Positions 59,518 to 64,000 of a DNA stretch of 64,000 nucleotides are shown one piece after another. How positions within the stretch are numbered: position 1 is the first letter of the stretch; the number at the start of each line of letters is the position of its first letter. The stretch is from assembly GCA_963761955.1 (NCBI GenBank), contig CAVXIY010000023.1, forward strand, positions 29,767 through 93,766, written 5' to 3'. A program made the position numbers and the translations under genes. Source of the stretch: an uncultured Actinomycetota bacterium (GTDB lineage Bacteria > Actinomycetota > Actinomycetes > Propionibacteriales > Propionibacteriaceae). The notes below the pieces were generated by a model. That model was given only the letters and a program-made list of their open reading frames with translations. It did no database searches and had not been told where the DNA came from.

Positions 59518-60510
59518 TCAAATTCGCTCAGACTGATCCGAAAGTGTAAGGAGTGGCGTCAGTACCGCTACGCACCGCCGACGCGGTGTCTCGCGGGTCG
59601 GAACAGCCGATGCGACCGATCGGCGCCGGACGGTCGCACCGCGGACACCGAACACGCTCAAGATCACCAGCGCCAGCCAGACCAGGGTGAAGCCGATCCA
59701 CCGCCCGGCCGACATGGCCTCGTGGAAATAGAGCACGCCGAGCAGGAACTGGATGGTCGGGGCCAGGTACTGCAACAGACCGAGGGTGCTGAGCGGCAGC
59801 CGGGTGGCGGCGGAGGCGAAGAACAGCAGCGGCACGACGGTGACCAGTCCGGTGGCGGCCAGCAGCAGGCTGTGCGCCCAGCCGAGATGGCCGAACGTCA
59901 GCTGCCCGCGGGTCTGCAGGAAGATCAGGTAGCCGAGGGCCACCGGGGTCAGCACCGCCGACTCCACGGTCAAGCTCTCCACCGCGCCGGCGTTCAACTG
60001 CTTCTTGATCACGCCGTAGAGTCCGAAGCTGACCGCGAGGACGAGGGCGATCCACGGCAGCCGGCCGTAGTCGATGGTCAGCACCACGACGGCCGCGGCG
60101 GCGAGCCCGACGCAGATCCACTGCAGCGGGTGCATCCACTCGCGGAGGAAGATCACGCCGACCAGGATCGAGAAGATCGGGTTGATGTAGTAGCCGAGCG
60201 CGGTCTCCACCACGTGGCCGTGGTTGACCGCCCAGATGTAGGTGCCCCAGTTCACCGACACGACTGCGGCGGCAGCCGTGAGCATGATCAGATTCCGGCG
60301 GGTGCCGATCCTCGCCCACCAGCCGCGCGGCACCACCGTGAGCAGCAGGATCGCGCAGATGATCAACGACCAGATGACCCGGTGGGCCAGCAACTCCAAC
60401 GCGCTGGCGCTCTTGACGAGCGGCCAGAACAGTGGAGCGGCACCCCAGAGCCCGTACGCGGCCAGCCCGTAGCCGATTCCCCGCCGCCGGCGAGCCTCCG
60501 GATCATTCAC
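59518..60510 (-). CDS. rarD: EamA-family transporter RarD
   Basis: AYGLWG, HRVIWS, ALGYYINP and GLLQYLAPTIQF. Confidence 0.93.
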   Translation of the reverse strand: MNDPEARRRRGIGYGLAAYGLWGAAPLFWPLVKSASALELLAHRVIWSLIICAILLLTVVPRGWWARIGTRRNLIMLTAAAAVVSVNWGTYIWAVNHGHVVETALGYYINPIFSILVGVIFLREWMHPLQWICVGLAAAAVVVLTIDYGRLPWIALVLAVSFGLYGVIKKQLNAGAVESLTVESAVLTPVALGYLIFLQTRGQLTFGHLGWAHSLLLAATGLVTVVPLLFFASAATRLPLSTLGLLQYLAPTIQFLLGVLYFHEAMSAGRWIGFTLVWLALVILSVFGVRGATVRRRSVASAVPTRETPRRRCVAVLTPLLTLSDQSERI

Positions 60511-60516
60511 CGATCG

Positions 60517-61611
60517 TCAGCGCACCAGCCAGGTGTCGCCACCGTTGATCACGGCCTGCAGCGCATCCTGATCGGATCCCTTGCCGGCCGCCAGGGCGAC
60601 CTGCTCGCGGGCCAGGTCGTCGTACGTCGGGGCTTCGACATCGCGGAAGATGCCGATCGGTGCCCGGTGCAGGACACCGGCGTCGGTCAGCCGGGACAGC
60701 CCGAAGGCGAACGACGGGTCATCCAGATGGGCGTCGTGGACGGCGAGCGCCTCCACGCCGACGTCAGCCACCTCGACCACCGAGAACGCACCGGTCCGGG
60801 GATCGCGGACGACACCGAGATGACCGTCGGTGCCGAACCGGATCGGCTCACCGTGGGTCAGCGGGATGATCGCGTCCGCTGAGGTCTGCGGATCCTTCAT
60901 CGCCGCGAAGGCGTCGTCGTTGAAGATCGGGCAGTTCTGGTAGATCTCGACGAACGAGGTGCCGCGATGATCGGCCGCCGCCCGCAGCACCGAGGTGAGG
61001 TGCTTGCGATCCGAGTCGATGGTCCGCGCCACGAACGTCGCCTCGGCGCCCAGCGCCAGCGAGATCGGGTTGAACGGATTGTCCAGCGATCCCATCGGGG
61101 TGGACTTGGTGATCTTGCCGATCTCGGAGGTGGGGGAGTACTGGCCCTTGGTCAGCCCGTAGATCCGGTTGTTGAACAGCAGGATCGTCAGGTTGACGTT
61201 GCGGCGCAGCACGTGGATCAGGTGATTGCCGCCGATCGACAAGGCGTCGCCGTCGCCGGTGATCACGAAGACCGCGGTGTCGGCGCGCGCGGTGGCCACG
61301 CCGGTGGCGATCGCGGTGGCCCGCCCGTGGATCGAGTGCATGCCGTAGGAGTCCACGTAGTACGGGAAGCGCGAGGAGCAGCCGATGCCGGAGATGATCA
61401 CCGTGTTCTCACGCTTGATGCCGAGTTCCGGCATGAAGCCCTGGAAGGCCGCCAGCACGGCGTAGTCGCCGCACCCGGGGCACCAGCGGACTTCTTGATC
61501 ACTGGTGAAGTCCTTGCGGGTCAGCGGCTCCAGGGAGAGCGGCACACCGGCGATGCCGCGGAAACTCGTGGTCTGAGCCTGCTCGGCGCGCGGCTTGTCC
61601 GCGGCGGTCAC
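60517..61611 (-). CDS. korB: 2-oxoacid:ferredoxin oxidoreductase beta subunit
   Basis: WCPGCGD, SGIGCS, GDGDALSIGGNH and IYGLTKGQYSPT. Confidence 0.95.
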   Translation of the reverse strand: MTAADKPRAEQAQTTSFRGIAGVPLSLEPLTRKDFTSDQEVRWCPGCGDYAVLAAFQGFMPELGIKRENTVIISGIGCSSRFPYYVDSYGMHSIHGRATAIATGVATARADTAVFVITGDGDALSIGGNHLIHVLRRNVNLTILLFNNRIYGLTKGQYSPTSEIGKITKSTPMGSLDNPFNPISLALGAEATFVARTIDSDRKHLTSVLRAAADHRGTSFVEIYQNCPIFNDDAFAAMKDPQTSADAIIPLTHGEPIRFGTDGHLGVVRDPRTGAFSVVEVADVGVEALAVHDAHLDDPSFAFGLSRLTDAGVLHRAPIGIFRDVEAPTYDDLAREQVALAAGKGSDQDALQAVINGGDTWLVR

Positions 61612-63496
61612 AGTTGCTCCCCTTCCAGTTGGTCGATCTCGAACTCGAGGTCGCGGGCCAGCTCGCTGAGCGAGATCGGCAGGCCGCGGACCCGGGAGTA
61701 GCTGTGGATGTCGATCAAGAACTTGGCCCGCAACAGCATGGCGAGCTGGCCGAGGTTCATCTCCGGCACGATCACCCGGTCGTAGCTGCGCAGGATCGCC
61801 CCGAGGTTGGCCGGGAACGGATTGAGATGCCGCAGATGGGTGTACGCGACCTGGCGGTCCGTCTTGCGGACCCGGCGTACGGCGGCGACGATCGGGCCGT
61901 AGGTCGAGCCCCAGCCGAGCACCAGAACCCTGGCGTGCTTGCCGTCCGGACCGGCCGGATCGTCCACCACAAGATCAGGGATGTCGCGGACGATGCCGTC
62001 GATCTTGGCCTGGCGGAGTCCGGACCATCTCTTCGTGGTTGGCCGGGTCGTAGGAGACGGCGCCGGTGTCGCGGGCCTTCTCGATGCCGCCGATGCGATG
62101 CTGCAGCCCCTCGGTGCCCGGGATGGCCCACGGCCGGGCCAGGGTCAGCGGATCGCGTCGGTACGGCAGGAAGACCGGCTTGCCCGCCTTGTCGGTGGCG
62201 TTCGGCTCGGTGGCGAAATCCGGGTCGATCGTCCGGGATCGCGCTGATGTCGGGCACCGGCCACGGCTCGGCGCCGTTGGCGATGTAGCCGTCGGACAAG
62301 ATGATCACCGGAGTGCGGTAGGTGATGGCGATCCGGACGCCCTCGATGGCCGTCTCGAAGCAGTCGGCCGGGGACTGGGGGGCGATCACCGGCACCGGCG
62401 ACTCGCCGTTGCGGCCGAACATCACCTGCAGCAGGTCGGCCTGCTCGGTCTTGGTCGGCATCCCGGTGCTCGGCCCGGCCCGCTGCACGTCGATCACGAC
62501 GAGCGGCAGTTCGGTCATCACCCCGAGTCCGATGGTCTCGGCCTTGAGGGCGACGCCGGGGCCGGAGGTCGTGGTGACACCGAGGTGGCCGGCGAAGCTC
62601 GCGCCGAGCGCCGCGCCGACTCCGGCGATCTCGTCCTCGGCCTGGAACGTCGTGACGCCGAAACGCTTGTGCTTGCTCAGTTCGTGGAGCACGTCGGAGG
62701 CCGGGGTGATCGGGTACGAGCCGAGGAACAGCGGCAGCCCGGCCTTCTTCGCCGCCGTGATCAGCCCGTAGGCCAGGGCGAGGTTGCCGGAGATCTGCCG
62801 ATAGCGGCCGGCCGGCATCGGAGCCGGCGCGACCTCGTAGGTGACCGCGAAGACCTCGGTCGTCTCGCCGAACGCGTACCCGGTCTTGAAGGCGGTGATG
62901 TTGGCGTCGCGGATGTCGGGCTTGTTCGCGAACTTGGTGGAGAGGAAGCTGACCGTGCCCTCGGTCGGCCGGTGGTAGAGCCAGGACAGCAGCCCGAGCG
63001 CGAACATGTTCTTGGCGCGCGACGCGTCCTTGCGGGACAGCCCGAACTTCTTGACGGCCTCGACGGTCATCCCGGTCAGGTCGAGCGGGTGCACCTGGTA
63101 GCCGTCGAGCGAGCCGTCCTCCAGCGGGTTCGCCTCGTAGCCGACCTTGGCGAGGTTGCGCTTGCTGAAGTCGGCCGTGTCGGCGATGATCACGCCGCCG
63201 CGGGGCAGGTCGGCGATGTTGGCCTTGAGCGCGGCCGGGTTCATCGCGACCAGCACGTCCGGACGGTCGCCCGGAGTCATGATGTCGTAGTTGGCGAAGT
63301 GCAACTGGAAGCTGGAGACGCCGGGCAGCGTGCCGGCCGGCGCACGGATCTCGGCCGGGAAGTTCGGCAGGGTCGAGATGTCGTTGCCGAAGACGGCCGA
63401 ATCGGCGGTGAACCGGTCGCCGGTCATCTGCATGCCGTCGCCGGAGTCTCCCGCGAAGCGGATGACCACTCGGTCGAGGGTGTGGACCTGTTTCAC
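61608..63496 (-). CDS. korA: 2-oxoacid:ferredoxin oxidoreductase alpha subunit (frameshifted)
   Basis: FAGDSGDGMQ, YPITPAS, QAEDEIA, QRAGPSTGMPTK and PEMNLGQL. Confidence 0.95.
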
Positions 63497-63845
63497 CCGG
63501 ACAGGCCTTCTTCCTCATGTGCCGCCCCGTCGGTGCCGACGTGGCGTAGTCGTCCCCTGGCTTGGGGTCAGGGGTGTCGGACCACGATGAATGCGTAACC
63601 GGAACGTCCGTCCGCGGGCATCTGGGCCGACTCCATGATAAGGCGACCGGCGCCCCCGCTATTCCCGTCTCGTGTTAGGCAGCCCTATCTTTCGCGCAAC
63701 CGCACGCGCACCTCACGCTGCGAGCGTCGGTACGGCGCGCCGGTGAACGGAGGACCGAGGAGCGAACACGCTTTTCCGTTCGCGACGAGCGACGACCTCA
63801 CCGGCACCAGCGCCGTCTCGCGCGAGCAAGCGTCTAAATAGGAGC

Positions 63846-64000
63846 ATGCTGTGGCGGGATTGGTACGGCGACGGGTCACTTTATGTGACCGATGTCGCAC
63901 TCGCCTGTTGCGCGCTGGAGTTCGAGGCGGCCAGCCTGGCCGCCGGCGAGGCGACCACCGAGCCTCCCGCTGATGCCCGGCGGGCGGTCGTCATCTCGGG
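63846..64000 (+). CDS. 5' part of a divergent NuoB-like protein (runs off the window)
   Basis: RBS AGGAG; MLWRDWYGDGSLYVTDVALACCALEF...AVVISG; absent from the ORF track. Confidence 0.7.
   Translation, partial: MLWRDWYGDGSLYVTDVALACCALEFEAASLAAGEATTEPPADARRAVVIS

Overview
High-GC actinobacterial chromosomal segment; gene content and order suggest Propionibacteriales, which is an inference. Many genes, including essential ones, are split by single-base indels, so the assembly is probably unpolished and frameshifts are not treated as pseudogenes. The core is a respiratory block: gnd, a cell-wall glycopolymer trio, a cds1-like gene, menA/E/C/D/G/F, menJ, nuoA-N with a Rex box, a polyprenyl synthase, korAB and the start of a divergent nuoB paralogue. 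A SigK-RskA-fasciclin-molybdoenzyme regulon with two matching promoters sits inside it. Two candidate undescribed systems stand out. (1) At 6.4-9.7 kb, a small secreted precursor carries a four-fold [VI][NH]SL repeat masked by a 1-nt frameshift. It lies next to a TrmB/LuxR-type regulator and a protealysin-emfourin fusion, with palindromic operators in between, and may be a peptide-signalling cassette. (2) At 52.7-54.0 kb, an AbiEi/Vsr-like gene is bracketed by 63-85 bp inverted repeats with no transposase and has two DnaA-box-like sites upstream. Coordinates of frameshifted genes are approximate.
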